A DNA stretch of 64,000 bases from contig CAWFOU010000007.1 of assembly GCA_963817525.1 (NCBI GenBank), positions 1 through 64,000 on the forward strand, written 5' to 3'. This DNA comes from an uncultured archaeon (GTDB lineage Archaea > Thermoproteota > Nitrososphaeria > Nitrososphaerales > Gagatemarchaeaceae). The notes below the pieces were generated by a model. It did not search any database. It was given only the letters and a program-made list of their open reading frames with translations, and was not told the DNA's origin. The position numbers were made by a program, and so were the translations under genes. Of the stretch, positions 1-9,046 are shown piece by piece. Position 1 is the stretch's first letter; each line of letters opens with the position of its first letter.

Positions 1-1263
1 CGTCCCTAGGAAGACCATGCCCTCTGATTGGCCGGAGCCGACCACCCAGGCGCCGCCCCATGCGGAGCCTGTGGAGCCCGTAGAGCCGCCGCCGTCGATG
101 GCGAGGCACTGGGCCGTCTGGCCGGACTGTCCCCAGTCGTTGTAGAGGGTTGTGTTGAGCTGAGTCGGAGACAGCGCCTTCCAGTTGACGACGATGTCGT
201 CGTTGTTGTTGACGAGCAGGCCTCCTGCCACCTCTGTAGGGGTGGTGTACCCGTTGGTAGAGCCGTTCTCACCAGGGTAGAAGGTGGTCGCGGTGGTCAT
301 GTTGGCGATCAACTGCTGGTCGAAGTATGGGTTCAGCGACGCCGTTGGGCTCCCTGGTTGGGGAGGAACGTCGTAGGTGATCCACCTCATAGAGACCGGG
401 TTGGTGTTCAGGTTCCATCCCGCGAAGAAGCCCCTGCCGTTGTCGGCGTCGGTTTCAGCGTCGTGGCCAGACACCAGTATTCCCAGTGTCGGGTTGATGA
501 CGATGTTCGCGGAGCCGATCCCGTTGTAGATGCTCTGCGGGTTGTTGCCTGCCACCATGTTGAGCCCGGTGAAGTCGCTGAAGTTGAGCTCCTCCTTGCC
601 GTTGAGGGCGTTGATTGCATAGACCCTGTTGTTCTCACCCTGGAACCACAGCGTCGGGCCGGACACGCCAGCGCCGAACGTCGCGGTGGAGAACCACTCA
701 TTGCCGTCGTGGGTGTGCAGCGGGACCGGGCCTGTTGCCTGGCCGGCGGTCTGGTTTGGCGCGAGGGGCGACTGGGCAGTCCAGAGCACGTCACCGTTGG
801 CTACGTTGAACGCTATTGTCTCGTCGAACGCCGTGGTCGCGAAGGCCGTGCCGTTGGCGATTATGACCGCCATGCCGACGCCAGCAGGGAAGAAGCCGGC
901 GATGGACAGCAGCGACGAAGGAACCGTTGGCAGAGGATAGATCCAGCTCAGTCCAAGGTACTGGACGTTGGAGCTGTTGATCTGGTTCTGCGGGTTGTAG
1001 TCCTGGTTGAAGGCGTTGCCGTTCGGGAACTCCCAGTTGGCCTCCGCCTGCGTCAGCGCTGGCTGGGCCGCGACTGGTGCCGCGGCCGAGGGCGCTGCCG
1101 TGTTGGTGGTGGCTGCTGCCGGGTTGATGAGAACGGACGCGCCTATGCCCGAGATGATGAATAGTAGGCTTAACGCGATTGCGCGAATTGATGTGTTGCT
1201 AAATGTTTTCTTCATACTTTTCCTAAATTCGTTCGTAAAATTATTCCGTAAAACCTTCGTCAT
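1..1263 (-). CDS. PQQ-dehydrogenase-like beta-propeller surface protein, paralog 1 (3' part runs off the window)
   Basis: Not in the ORF track because there is no stop in the window. Manual translation from ATG 1263 gives MTKVLRNNFTNEFRKSMKKTFSNTSIRAIA...WEFPNGNAFNQDYNPQNQINSSNVQYLGLSWIYP...LHTHDG...MVFLGT, collinear with the other paralogs. Confidence 0.9.
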   Translation of the reverse strand, partial: MTKVLRNNFTNEFRKSMKKTFSNTSIRAIALSLLFIISGIGASVLINPAAATTNTAAPSAAAPVAAQPALTQAEANWEFPNGNAFNQDYNPQNQINSSNVQYLGLSWIYPLPTVPSSLLSIAGFFPAGVGMAVIIANGTAFATTAFDETIAFNVANGDVLWTAQSPLAPNQTAGQATGPVPLHTHDGNEWFSTATFGAGVSGPTLWFQGENNRVYAINALNGKEELNFSDFTGLNMVAGNNPQSIYNGIGSANIVINPTLGILVSGHDAETDADNGRGFFAGWNLNTNPVSMRWITYDVPPQPGSPTASLNPYFDQQLIANMTTATTFYPGENGSTNGYTTPTEVAGGLLVNNNDDIVVNWKALSPTQLNTTLYNDWGQSGQTAQCLAIDGGGSTGSTGSAWGGAWVVGSGQSEGMVFLGT

Positions 1264-1285
1264 GTAAGGATGCAGTGGTAATATC

Positions 1286-1295
1286 TCTATTTATG
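1286..1295 (-). promoter_or_regulatory. TATA-like box of paralog 1
   Basis: Minus strand CATAAATAG about 25-30 nt before the ATG. TAAATA(G/C) recurs at similar spacing before paralogs 2 (~4015-4022), 3 (~8766-8773), 4 (~11497-11504) and 5 (~14295-14302). Confidence 0.65.
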
Positions 1296-1360
1296 GGTTC
1301 GGCGTCCCGTCAAAGAAAGAGCTTTGCAGGCCGCAATTCAAGCTTGACATCCTTTGATGG

Positions 1361-1489
1361 CCGTCACAAATTATCAAAAACGCCCCATCCCCCTTTTGTT
1401 AGCATGCACGTTACGCGTGAGAACCCGCCGACCCCGAGCCCGTTCGTGACCTGAGAGCCATGACCGCCGGTAGGCCAAGCAAAAAATAA
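1361..1489. repeat. Conserved intergenic element class A, copy 1
   Basis: GTCACAAATTATCA...TTTGTTAGCATG...GCCGACCCCGAG...GCCATGACC...AGG...CAAAAAAT; homologous to 8881-9010 and 11565-11690. Confidence 0.9.
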
Positions 1490-1510
1490 GAGATGCCCCT
1501 GGTCAGGGGC
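1481..1510 (-). terminator. GC hairpin plus U-tract downstream of paralog 2
   Basis: GCCCCT-GGTC-AGGGGC stem followed on the minus strand by TTTTTT; same layout after all complete paralogs. Confidence 0.65.
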
Positions 1511-1534
1511 CGGGTTGGTTGATGCCTCGTAAAA

Positions 1535-3991
1535 CTAGGAAGCGGGCTTCCTGCCGCGCATGGCAAGATAGCCCGTTGCTATGATGAAGATCACGGCGAC
1601 TACAGCTACTCCGTAGAGGGCTGTCGACGAGACTCCCGAGCTTGATGTGGATGTGACTGTCGTGATTGACGTTGCTGTCGAGGCTGAGACGCTTGTTGCG
1701 GTTGAGACGCTGACCGTAGTGCTGGTTGTCGTGCTGACGACCGTTGTGGTCGACACGCTGCTTGGCGGCGGGACTCCGCTCAAGGACAGGGCGACGATGT
1801 CTCCTGGCGTGGATCCGGGGCACGTCGAGATGGCCTCCAAGCTACACGTGCCGGCCGGGACGATGAGGTACTCCTGTCCGCTGGCCGAGGCTCCTATCGC
1901 GACGCCGACGTCCATCGGGGCGCCGAGGTAGAAGTCCCTGACGAGCTTGCCAGTCTGCGCGTTGACCATCAGGATGTCTCCCGAAGAGTCCGTCAGGTAG
2001 ACCAGGTTGCCGCTCATGTCAGTCTGGCCACGATATCCCTGATTGGGTATCGAGTAGCTCCAGACGACCTTTCCTGTGGCCCCGTTGACGTCCCATGTGG
2101 TGAAGTTGTCGTTGATGACACCGCAGCTGGGACAAGGAAGAGTCGTCTCGCCCCCCGCCGAGGTAAAGTACGTGGTTGAGTTCGCCGGAATATATCCGGT
2201 GTAGTATGGGACCAGGTGCGACGTTGCGTAGATCTGGTTCGTCGCCGGGTCGTATGCCTGCTCGTCCTCGAAGCCCGCTATCTCAGACGGCCAGAACAAG
2301 GCCGGAGGCTGTGGCCCTAGTATGCAGGCGGTCGTGAAGGCCGGCGCGCAGTTGGTCATGGCGGTTGGGAAGTCGAAGCTCATCTGAGTCGCGTTGAGAG
2401 GGTTCCACATGTAGCAGACGGGGCACCTGGCTGCGCCTGGCGTCACGACATTGCTCGGTGGGCTCCATGCCCAGATGAGGTTCCCGGTCACGGCGTTGAG
2501 CTCGTACATGTAGCCGTTCTTGCACGTCTTGAGGATCACCTCGGTGTTGACGCTGTTGATCGTCTCGTTGGCCATTCCTTCAGACCACGAGCAGTCGTAG
2601 TCCCAGAGGTCGTGTGCGTTCGCCTGGAAACCCCATATTATCTGGCCCGTGCTCGCGTTGAGGGCTAGTGTGGCGGCAGACCAGAGGTCTGGTCCCGGGG
2701 TGCAGGCGCTGGCATATGGGTCCTTGTTGTTGGTGTCCAAGAAGACCATCCCTGCGCTCTGTCCTGAGCCGACTAACCACTGGCCGCCCCATCCGGCGCC
2801 CGTAGCGCCGGTGGATAACCCGCCCGTTATGGCGGCACACTGGGCGCTCTGGTCATAATATCCCCAGTCGTTGTAGAGCGTGGCGTTGAGCTGTGTCGGT
2901 GATAGCGACTTCCAGTTGACGACGATGTCGTCATTGACGTTCATCAGCACGCCGCCAGCGACCTCGGTCGGGGTGGTATAGCCGTTGGTAGAGCCGTTCT
3001 CACCAGGGTAGAAGGTCTCTGCCCCTGTCATGTTGGCGATTAGCTGTGTATCGAAGTTCGGGTCCAGAGGGACGTTGCTCTGCGTCTGGGGAGGCGTGGT
3101 GTAGGTAATCCACTTCTCAGTGGGCGGGTTGGTGTTCAGGTTCCATCCGACGAAGAAGTTCCGGCCAGCGTTGATGGCGACTCCTTGGTCCATGCTGTTG
3201 ATGAGGACTCCGATCTGCTGGTTGATCAGGATGTTTGATGCACCAGTGGTGCTGTAGATGGCCTCAGGGTTGTTCCCGGCGACCATGTTCAGGCCGGTGT
3301 AGTCGGTGAAGTTTAGCTCCTCCTTCCCGGTTATGGCGCTGATGGCGTAGACCCTGTCGTTGCCAGCCTGGAACCAGAAAGTCGGACCTGAGACCCCGCT
3401 TGCGAAGCTGGCGGTGGTGAACTGCTCTGTGCCATCGTGGGCGTGGGTACCAATCGCCCCTGAGCCCGAGGGCAGGGTCTCGTTCGCAACCAATGGCGAC
3501 AGGTACGTCCAGAGGACGTCGCCGTTGGCCACGTTGAATGCGAGGACCTCGTCGAATTGAGTCATCGCAATTGCTGTGCCGTTGACTATCAGGGGGTCCA
3601 CATCTACGCCGGGGAAGAAGAAGCCGCCGAGGGTGCTAAGCGCAGAAGGCTCTGCGGGTAGCGGGTAGATCCAGCTAAGGCCCAGGTACTGGGCATTGGA
3701 GCTGTTGATCTGATTCTGGGGGTTGTAGTCTTGGCCGAACGCGTTGCCGTTCGGGAACTCCCAGTTGGCCTCCGCCTGGGTCACAGCAGGCTGGCTCGCG
3801 ACGGGTGCCGCGGCCGATGGCGCCGCAGTGTTGGGCGTTGCCGCCGCCGGGCTCAAAATGACCGAAGCTCCTATCCCTGATACGATGAATAGTAAGCTTA
3901 GTGCAATCGCACGGATTGATTTGTTGGTTAATGTTCTCTTCATACTTTGCCTAAATGCTTTCGTTAAATCGTTCGGTGATTCCTTCGTCAT
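1535..3991 (-). CDS. PQQ-dehydrogenase-like beta-propeller surface protein, paralog 2
   Basis: Quinoprotein motifs QINSSN..L.L.W, DTNNKDP, PGPDLWS..LALNASTG..WGFQ..HDLWDYD, KNGY; signal peptide; S/T linker plus TM plus MRGRKPAS tail. Start set at the conserved MTK. Confidence 0.85.
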   Translation of the reverse strand: MTKESPNDLTKAFRQSMKRTLTNKSIRAIALSLLFIVSGIGASVILSPAAATPNTAAPSAAAPVASQPAVTQAEANWEFPNGNAFGQDYNPQNQINSSNAQYLGLSWIYPLPAEPSALSTLGGFFFPGVDVDPLIVNGTAIAMTQFDEVLAFNVANGDVLWTYLSPLVANETLPSGSGAIGTHAHDGTEQFTTASFASGVSGPTFWFQAGNDRVYAISAITGKEELNFTDYTGLNMVAGNNPEAIYSTTGASNILINQQIGVLINSMDQGVAINAGRNFFVGWNLNTNPPTEKWITYTTPPQTQSNVPLDPNFDTQLIANMTGAETFYPGENGSTNGYTTPTEVAGGVLMNVNDDIVVNWKSLSPTQLNATLYNDWGYYDQSAQCAAITGGLSTGATGAGWGGQWLVGSGQSAGMVFLDTNNKDPYASACTPGPDLWSAATLALNASTGQIIWGFQANAHDLWDYDCSWSEGMANETINSVNTEVILKTCKNGYMYELNAVTGNLIWAWSPPSNVVTPGAARCPVCYMWNPLNATQMSFDFPTAMTNCAPAFTTACILGPQPPALFWPSEIAGFEDEQAYDPATNQIYATSHLVPYYTGYIPANSTTYFTSAGGETTLPCPSCGVINDNFTTWDVNGATGKVVWSYSIPNQGYRGQTDMSGNLVYLTDSSGDILMVNAQTGKLVRDFYLGAPMDVGVAIGASASGQEYLIVPAGTCSLEAISTCPGSTPGDIVALSLSGVPPPSSVSTTTVVSTTTSTTVSVSTATSVSASTATSITTVTSTSSSGVSSTALYGVAVVAVIFIIATGYLAMRGRKPAS

Positions 3992-4115
3992 GCGCCGATA
4001 AAGTCGTGCCATCACTATTTAGGCATTGCAGGAAACGCGGCGTTGTGGTGTCCGTCGACCGTGCTGTAGGGGAGCCCCGAAATGGTGGGCTTGTCCTCGC
4101 TCCTCACCTGGAAGA

Positions 4116-4778
4116 TCAACTCGCTCGAGAGGTCGGTTGCGGGCGGCTCCTTCCCCTTACCAGCAACGCGAGCAAGATGATTACGACCACTGATGGGACT
4201 CCCACACCCGCATAGAAGAGGCCGGAGGAGACGCCACCGCTTTGAGTGGTCGTCGCCTGCGAGCTAGACACGGTGGACGTCGTCGAGCTGACGGACGTAA
4301 TTGTACCTGGGAGGCTCAACATTTCGACCGTGGTCGACTCCGTGAGCTGCTTTGAGAAGAAGCTGGTGCCGTTTGCGATTTGTAGGTCGATGGCGACTGT
4401 GGCCGTGAAGCTGCTCCCCGTAAAGTTGCTAGGAATCTCAAGGTAGATGGTCGAGAGGATGGCCTGCCCGGATGAGAGCTGGACCGGGAGGCCTATCGCG
4501 GAGCCCGTGCTGTAAGAGGGAGGGAGAGCGGGAGCAGTAAGCGTCTCGTTGAAGAGGCTCATGTTCCCGAGGGGAGGCGAGTCGGAGTTCACCACGAAGA
4601 CGGTGAACTCTTCGTTGCCCCCCGCGTAGTTGCCGTACCCAAGCGCGTTCAAGGTAGCCCAGACGTACTGCGACCCGCTCGGGGAGGTGGCCGCACGGGC
4701 GGGCACAACGGCCAAGAACGAGAGCGCAAAGAGGACAAACAGCCCTGCTACCAAGAGACTGGAAACGCGTTTCTCCAT
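4116..4778 (-). CDS. Secreted, TM-anchored protein with a single Ig-like domain, unknown function
   Basis: Signal peptide (MEKRVSSLLV...ARA), NYAGGNE...NSDSPPLGN motif shared with 5054-5746, S/T linker, C-terminal TM; TTATTA about 25 nt upstream. Confidence 0.8.
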   Translation of the reverse strand: MEKRVSSLLVAGLFVLFALSFLAVVPARAATSPSGSQYVWATLNALGYGNYAGGNEEFTVFVVNSDSPPLGNMSLFNETLTAPALPPSYSTGSAIGLPVQLSSGQAILSTIYLEIPSNFTGSSFTATVAIDLQIANGTSFFSKQLTESTTVEMLSLPGTITSVSSTTSTVSSSQATTTQSGGVSSGLFYAGVGVPSVVVIILLALLVRGRSRPQPTSRAS

Positions 4779-5053
4779 GATGGCCGAAAACCCAACGGAT
4801 GCTAATAAGCCATCGCTCATTTGATTGATTACAGAAGTTTGGCAAATTTGGTGCCGCCCAATCGTAGGTTGCGATCCTGCAGCTTTCAAGACTCACGCCG
4901 AAAACTCTAATCGATCGAATGAGCGCAAGCCCTATTTCAGAACGCCTTTGCGCCTTGTCGAGGCCCGACCCCGGTCAGGCTAACCGCAGAGCCATCAAGA
5001 GAGAGGTTTGTTTGAGGGCAGCCAGCGCAGCTGAGCCGTTTGCTTGGAATCGT

Positions 5054-5746
5054 CTAGATTGAAGCTGGTGTTCCCGGACTCGCCGAACCGGGACGCCTCA
5101 TGTCCCTCATGAGCAGGACGAGCAGAACGATGGCGATCAGAGACGGGACTCCGACCGCCGCGTAGAAAAGCGACGTTGGGAAGGTCCCGCTCTGGCTTGT
5201 GGTCTGCTGGGTTGAGATCGTCGAAGTCGTGCTAGTGACTTGGGCGACCGGAGGACCCAGCATGAAGATCTGCGCCGTCCCTGTCAGGATGGTGGGGATG
5301 GAAGCTGAGGCGTTTGCAATGTGAAAGTCGATGGTAACGCTCGCGGTGAAGTTGTTCTGACTAAAATCACTGGGGATTTGGAGGGTTATGTTCGAGAGCA
5401 ATGCCTGTCCTGGGGCGAGCTCGACTGGGAGGCCGCTCACAGAGGCGTTCTGAAACGGGGCGCGCAGTGTCTCGCTGACGAGGGTCACGTTCCCGAGGGG
5501 AGGCGAGTCGGAGTTCAAGAAAAAGACCGTTACCTGCTCGTTCCCGCCGGGATAGTTGGCCTGCGCTGGTGCGTTCACGGTAGCCCAGACAGGCGCGGCA
5601 GGGACGGCATAGGGAGGGGGTAGACAATGCACAGATGGCGGGGGGCAGCCCCCTTGGGCTGGAAGCGGGATGGCCTGGCTTGGGGGCACGGCGAGGAGGC
5701 AGGAAAGGACAAGGAGGGTGAGTACGCCCACCTTGAGCCCCGGCAT
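5054..5746 (-). CDS. Paralog of 4116-4778; secreted, TM-anchored protein
   Basis: Shares WATxNA..NYxGGNE..TVF..NSDSPPLGN..ETLxAP..GLPV..GQA; signal peptide and C-terminal TM; TTTATTA upstream. Confidence 0.8.
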   Translation of the reverse strand: MPGLKVGVLTLLVLSCLLAVPPSQAIPLPAQGGCPPPSVHCLPPPYAVPAAPVWATVNAPAQANYPGGNEQVTVFFLNSDSPPLGNVTLVSETLRAPFQNASVSGLPVELAPGQALLSNITLQIPSDFSQNNFTASVTIDFHIANASASIPTILTGTAQIFMLGPPVAQVTSTTSTISTQQTTSQSGTFPTSLFYAAVGVPSLIAIVLLVLLMRDMRRPGSASPGTPASI

Positions 5747-6056
5747 GGAAGGAGAAAGAATCACCTGGCTCTAATAAACAATAGCTTGGACAGCCTAAAG
5801 CGCAATCGAGTCGCTCTGCTCGAAGCACCTCAGCTGCCGGAACTGGCTAGTGATCGCCGAATTGGGAAGAGGAGCTGGAACGCAGAAGGGGCGCCCCCTC
5901 ACTGCGCGAAGCGGGCACGGGAGGACGGCCCCGGCCGAGGGGCGGCTCGAACCAAAGAGCAAGACGACGGGAGGGCGCATCCAGTCTTCCGGATGCCTTT
6001 TTCATATAGCGCCAGTTTCAAGAGGGAGACCCAAACGCTCGAGTACTACCCCTGAC

Positions 6057-6120
6057 CGCCCGGGCCCAGGGGGCGCCAAAGGAGGCGTGACGACGAAGGC
6101 GGGCGTCCCAGGGCCGGGCG
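6057..6120. ncRNA. Candidate structured RNA hairpin, class B copy 1
   Basis: CGCCCGG..GGGGCGCC-loop-GGCGTCCC..CCGGGCG; loop contains TGACGACGAAGGCG; homologous to 39049-39118. Confidence 0.45.
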
Positions 6121-6140
6121 AGACCTTTGTGCTGAACGGG

Positions 6141-6173
6141 AAGAAAATTGGGATGCCCCCTTTGTAAGGGGGC
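6141..6173 (-). terminator. GC hairpin plus U-tract downstream of paralog 3
   Basis: GCCCCCTT-TGT-AAGGGGGC stem, then TTTTCTT on the minus strand. Confidence 0.6.
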
Positions 6174-6195
6174 GCTGGCTGGTTGTCTCCTAAAA

Positions 6196-8742
6196 TTAGG
6201 AGGCGGGCTTCCTGCCACGCATGGCAAGATAGCCCGAGACGATGATGAAGATCACAGCCACTGCCGCTACTCCGTACAGAGCTGTGGAGCTGACTCCCGT
6301 GCTGGATGTTGAAGTCACTGTTGTGGTCGCTGTTCCACCTGGGGCCGACGCGGTCGAGGTGACCGTTGTCGTGATCACCTGGCCTCCAGGTCCTGTGACT
6401 GTAGTCGTGATTACTGCTGTTGATGCGGAGACTGATGTGGTGGTCGAGACTGAGGTCGTTGTGCTGGTTACCGTTGTCGTCGAGGTCGTTGTTGACGCTA
6501 CGGACGCTGCGGACAGGGATAGGGCCACCAAGTCTCCCGGCGAATTTTGACAGGTGGCGAAGCTATAGCCGCATCCACCTACCGGTACGAGGATGTACTC
6601 CTGCCCGTTGACCGCTGCTCCGATTGACACGCCAACGTCCATCGGGGCACCGACGTAGTAGTCTCTGAGTTGTTGGCCTGTCTGGGCGTTCCACATCAAG
6701 ATGTCGCCCGTTCCCTCTACATTGTAGACGACGTTACCGCTGACATCGGTCTGACCGCGGTATCCGTCGACGGCCGAGACTTGCTGGTGCCACTGAAGTG
6801 CGCCGCTATTGGCGTTGATGGCCCAGAGTGTGGCGTTGTCGGTGAGTGTGCCACAGCTCGGACACGTCACAGCGCCTTCCCCTGTGGAGGAGAAGTAGGT
6901 GGACGCGTTGAGCCCGAAGTAGCCCATGTACGAGGGAACGACGTGCGAAGTCGCATAGATCATGTTGGTCGCTGGGTCGAACGCCTGCTCGTCCTCGAAG
7001 CCAGCATTCTCTGATGGCCACTGGAGGAACGGAGGCTGAAGGCCCCTCTCGCACGCGATGGTGTAAGCTGGTGCGCAGTTGGTCAGCGCGGATGGGAAGT
7101 CGATGCCGGTCTGGGACGCGTTCAGTGGGTTCATGGGGAAGCAGACCGGGCACCTAGTAGGTCCCGGGTTCTCAGTGCCTGCGGGTGGGTCCCACGCCCA
7201 GATGAGGTTGCCTGTCAGGGCGTTGATCTCGAAGAGGTATCCGTCCTTGCACGTCTTCAGGATGACCTCGGTGTTGACGCCAGACAGGGTGACGTTGGCG
7301 AGTGCTTGGTACCAGGAGCAGTCGTAGTCCCAGACGTCGTGAGTGGTGGTCTGGAAGCCCCAGACTATCTGCCCGGTGGTGATGTTGAGTCCGAGGACGG
7401 ACGCAGACCAGAGGTCAGGTCCTGGGTTGCAAGGCCCGGTGAACGGGTCCTTGTTGTTCGTCCCTAGGAAGACCATGCCTGCGGTCTGTCCCGAGCCGAC
7501 CACCCACGCGCCGCCCCATGCGGAGCCTGTGGAGCCCGTAGAGCCGCCGCCGTCGATGGCGAGGCACTGGGCCGTCTGGTCAGACTGTCCCCAGTCGTTG
7601 TACAGGGTGTTGTTGAGCTGAGTCGGAGACAGCGCCTTCCAGTTGACGACGAGGTCGTTGTTGACGTTCGTGAGAACGCCGCCTTGGATCTCAGTCGGAG
7701 TGGTGTACCCGTTGGTGGTGCCGTTCTCACCAGGGTAGAAGGTCGTCGCGGTGGTCATGTTGGCGATGAGCTGCTGGTCGAAATATGGATTGAGGGCAGC
7801 AGATGGGCTCCCTGGTTGGGGAGGAACGTCAAACGTGACCCACTTCATGGTGACCGGGTTGGTGTTCAGGTTCCATCCCGCGAAGAAACCTCTTCCGTTG
7901 TCGGCGTCGATTTCAGCGTCGTGGCCAGAGACTAGGATGCCTAGCTGCTGGTTGATGACGATGTTCGAGGCGCCGATCCCGTTGTAGATGCTCTGCGGGT
8001 TGTTGCCCGGCACCATGCTGAGGCCGGTAAAGTCGGAGAAGTTCAGCTCCTCCTTGCCGGTTAGCGCGTTGATAGCGTAGACCCTGTTGTTCTGACCCTG
8101 GATCCACAGCGTCGAGCCGGACACGCCTGAGCCGAACGTCGCGGTGGAGAACCATTCGTTGCCGTCGTGGTCGTGCAGCGGAACTGGGCCTGTTGACTCG
8201 CCGGCGGTCTGGTTAGGCGCGAGCGGCGAGAGGAAGGTCCACAGCACGTCTCCGTTGGCGACGTTGAAGGCGATGACTTCGTCGTACTGCGTTATCCCGA
8301 AGGCAGTGCCGTTGACTATCTGGACATCCATGCCTATGCCGTTACCATTGAAGAACCCCGCCGTCAGCGAAATCAGCGCAGTTGGAACGCCGGGGAGTGG
8401 ATAAATCCAGCTCAGTTGGAGATTCTGGACGTTGGAACTGTTGATTTGGTTCTGAGGGTTGTAGTCCTGGTTGAAGGAGTTGCCGTTCGGGAACTCCCAG
8501 TTGGCCTCCGCCTGCGTCAGCGCTGGCTGAGCATCGACGGGGGCCGCTGCTGATGGAGCCGCGGCCGAGGGCGCTGCCGCGCTGGGAGTGGCTGCAGCTG
8601 GGTTAATCAGAACGGACGCGCCTATCCCTGATACGATGAATAGTAAGCTTAGTGCGATTGCGCGAATCGATGTGTTGCTAAATGTTTTCTTAATACTTTT
8701 CGTAAATCCATTCGTGAGACTCTTCCGCAAAACCTTCGTCAT
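6196..8742 (-). CDS. PQQ-dehydrogenase-like beta-propeller surface protein, paralog 3
   Basis: 848 aa; GTNNKDPF, HDVWDYD and KDGY motifs; signal peptide, T-rich linker, TM anchor. Confidence 0.88.
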   Translation of the reverse strand: MTKVLRKSLTNGFTKSIKKTFSNTSIRAIALSLLFIVSGIGASVLINPAAATPSAAAPSAAAPSAAAPVDAQPALTQAEANWEFPNGNSFNQDYNPQNQINSSNVQNLQLSWIYPLPGVPTALISLTAGFFNGNGIGMDVQIVNGTAFGITQYDEVIAFNVANGDVLWTFLSPLAPNQTAGESTGPVPLHDHDGNEWFSTATFGSGVSGSTLWIQGQNNRVYAINALTGKEELNFSDFTGLSMVPGNNPQSIYNGIGASNIVINQQLGILVSGHDAEIDADNGRGFFAGWNLNTNPVTMKWVTFDVPPQPGSPSAALNPYFDQQLIANMTTATTFYPGENGTTNGYTTPTEIQGGVLTNVNNDLVVNWKALSPTQLNNTLYNDWGQSDQTAQCLAIDGGGSTGSTGSAWGGAWVVGSGQTAGMVFLGTNNKDPFTGPCNPGPDLWSASVLGLNITTGQIVWGFQTTTHDVWDYDCSWYQALANVTLSGVNTEVILKTCKDGYLFEINALTGNLIWAWDPPAGTENPGPTRCPVCFPMNPLNASQTGIDFPSALTNCAPAYTIACERGLQPPFLQWPSENAGFEDEQAFDPATNMIYATSHVVPSYMGYFGLNASTYFSSTGEGAVTCPSCGTLTDNATLWAINANSGALQWHQQVSAVDGYRGQTDVSGNVVYNVEGTGDILMWNAQTGQQLRDYYVGAPMDVGVSIGAAVNGQEYILVPVGGCGYSFATCQNSPGDLVALSLSAASVASTTTSTTTVTSTTTSVSTTTSVSASTAVITTTVTGPGGQVITTTVTSTASAPGGTATTTVTSTSSTGVSSTALYGVAAVAVIFIIVSGYLAMRGRKPAS

Positions 8743-8880
8743 ACGCCGACAATACCGTAATGTCAGTATTTACGCGTTCTTTCAGGTGTATTTTTAACAC
8801 GGTGGCGTTAGCAGATGACGAATCCGCTTACGTCCGCGGAGCTTCCCATCGACCTTGAGGAGATGATCCGCTACGGATCG

Positions 8881-9010
8881 CAGTTACAAATTATCAGAAG
8901 CCCCGCATCTCACATTTGTCAGCATGATCGTTCCACGAGAGGAACCTGCCGACCCCGAGCCCGGACGTGGTCTTAGGGCCATGACCTCTGGCAGGTCAGG
9001 CAAAAAATAG
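8881..9010. repeat. Conserved intergenic element class A, copy 2 (holds an intact 28-codon + strand ORF, 8924-9010)
   Basis: ACAAATTATCA..ATTTGTCAGCATG; ACCTGCC/GGCAGGT inverted repeat; ORF MIVPREEPADPEPGRGLRAMTSGRSGKK. Confidence 0.85.
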
Positions 9011-9030
9011 GAGATGCCCCGTTCAGGGGC
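9002..9030 (-). terminator. GC hairpin plus U-tract downstream of paralog 4
   Basis: GCCCC-GTTCA-GGGGC stem, then TTTTTT on the minus strand. Confidence 0.6.
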
Positions 9031-9046
9031 CCGGTTGGTTGTGCCT

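Noticed and set aside
28-1164. Long + strand ORFs opposite the quinoprotein genes, and similar ones such as 24872-25960, 43888-44928 and 63008-63994
   Set aside because: Antisense shadows of GC-rich coding sequence; no motifs, and the opposite strand carries recognisable genes.
6840-7160. CPVC and CPSC as haem c binding sites
   Set aside because: No following His (not CxxCH); more likely disulfides or another metal site.
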